Positions 63,631 through 64,000 of a stretch of DNA of 64,000 nt are shown one piece after another; the stretch's first letter is position 1, and every line of letters begins with the position of its first letter. A program made the translations under genes and the position numbers. The notes below the pieces were generated by a model. The model was not told where the DNA came from, did no database searches, and worked only from the letters and a program-made list of their open reading frames with translations. Origin of the DNA: Octopus bimaculoides (lineage: Eukaryota); the NCBI RefSeq assembly GCF_001194135.2, contig NC_068992.1:47847069-47911068 (forward strand), read 5' to 3'.

Positions 63631-63814
63631 ACATTGCAAAGGTTAAGGGAGTCTGCTACAGTGCTATCTGTTGTGAAATCAGCTGTTCTGATGTGTAATA
63701 ATGTGTTAATATGATTCAGTAGCAAAGCACAACTAATAGGAGTAAAATGTTGTTTGTTTTATGGTTGATTTACTCAGAGTTTGCTATTGGTGGCGCAAGG
63801 AGGAGTATGGGATT

Positions 63815-63845
63815 TCAGAGCTATTATTATCATTATTATTATTAC

Positions 63846-63891
<46 letters not shown>

Positions 63892-63951
63892 CATCATCAT
63901 CATCATCATTATTATTATCATCATCATTATTTATTATTATCATCATCATCA

Positions 63952-64000
<49 letters not shown>
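63815..64000. repeat. (ATT)n/(ATC)n compound microsatellite
   Basis: Direct reading; similar tracts at 20115-20185, 22360-22505, 54898-54963 and 60070-60200. Confidence 0.95.

Noticed and set aside
438-63646. The long ORFs in the supplied track (YIYI, CVCV, HTHT, poly-L/S/R/K/N/D/H, X-filled)
   Set aside because: They are translations of microsatellites, low-complexity tracts or N-gaps, with no domain similarity.
63778-63804. Plus-strand 27-nt microexon candidate (ACTCAG|AGTTTGCTATTGGTGGCGCAAGGAGGA|GTATGG)
   Set aside because: Weak acceptor and donor, opposite strand to the better-supported site, and no partner exons.

Overview
This is AT-rich eukaryotic, non-genic-looking DNA from a draft assembly, with 17 N-gaps, most flanked by (TA)n or (CA)n tracts. 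The repeat content (tRNA-headed SINEs with internal microsatellites, TTAA-flanked MITEs, DD37D maT transposase remnants, very dense simple repeats) resembles what I recall from Octopus genomes; that assignment is an inference. No intact protein-coding gene is supported, and almost all entries in the ORF track are microsatellite or N-gap artefacts. Recognisable coding remnants are all decayed transposons: a ZMYM1/DUF4371-type hAT transposase (about 6.2-7.9 kb, minus), two maT/Tc1-mariner pieces (4.3 kb, 33.6-34.3 kb), a Penelope-like RT (23.75-24.35 kb), three RTE LINE pieces and the 3' end of a CRE-clade REL-endonuclease LINE (29.65-29.96 kb). The most interesting signals are: (1) a minus-strand pyrimidine-tract-CAG|GTAAGT site followed 27 nt later by a second GTAAGT, i.e. 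a recursive-splice/RS-microexon architecture, suggesting the window lies in a long intron of a minus-strand gene; (2) several type I hammerhead-ribozyme-shaped motifs, the best at 35539-35595 and 43398-43462; (3) foldback and inverted-repeat structures that could form dsRNA; and (4) three unusual minisatellites. No CRISPR array, rRNA or true tRNA gene was found. Most boundaries were read by eye and are approximate, except where exact positions are given.
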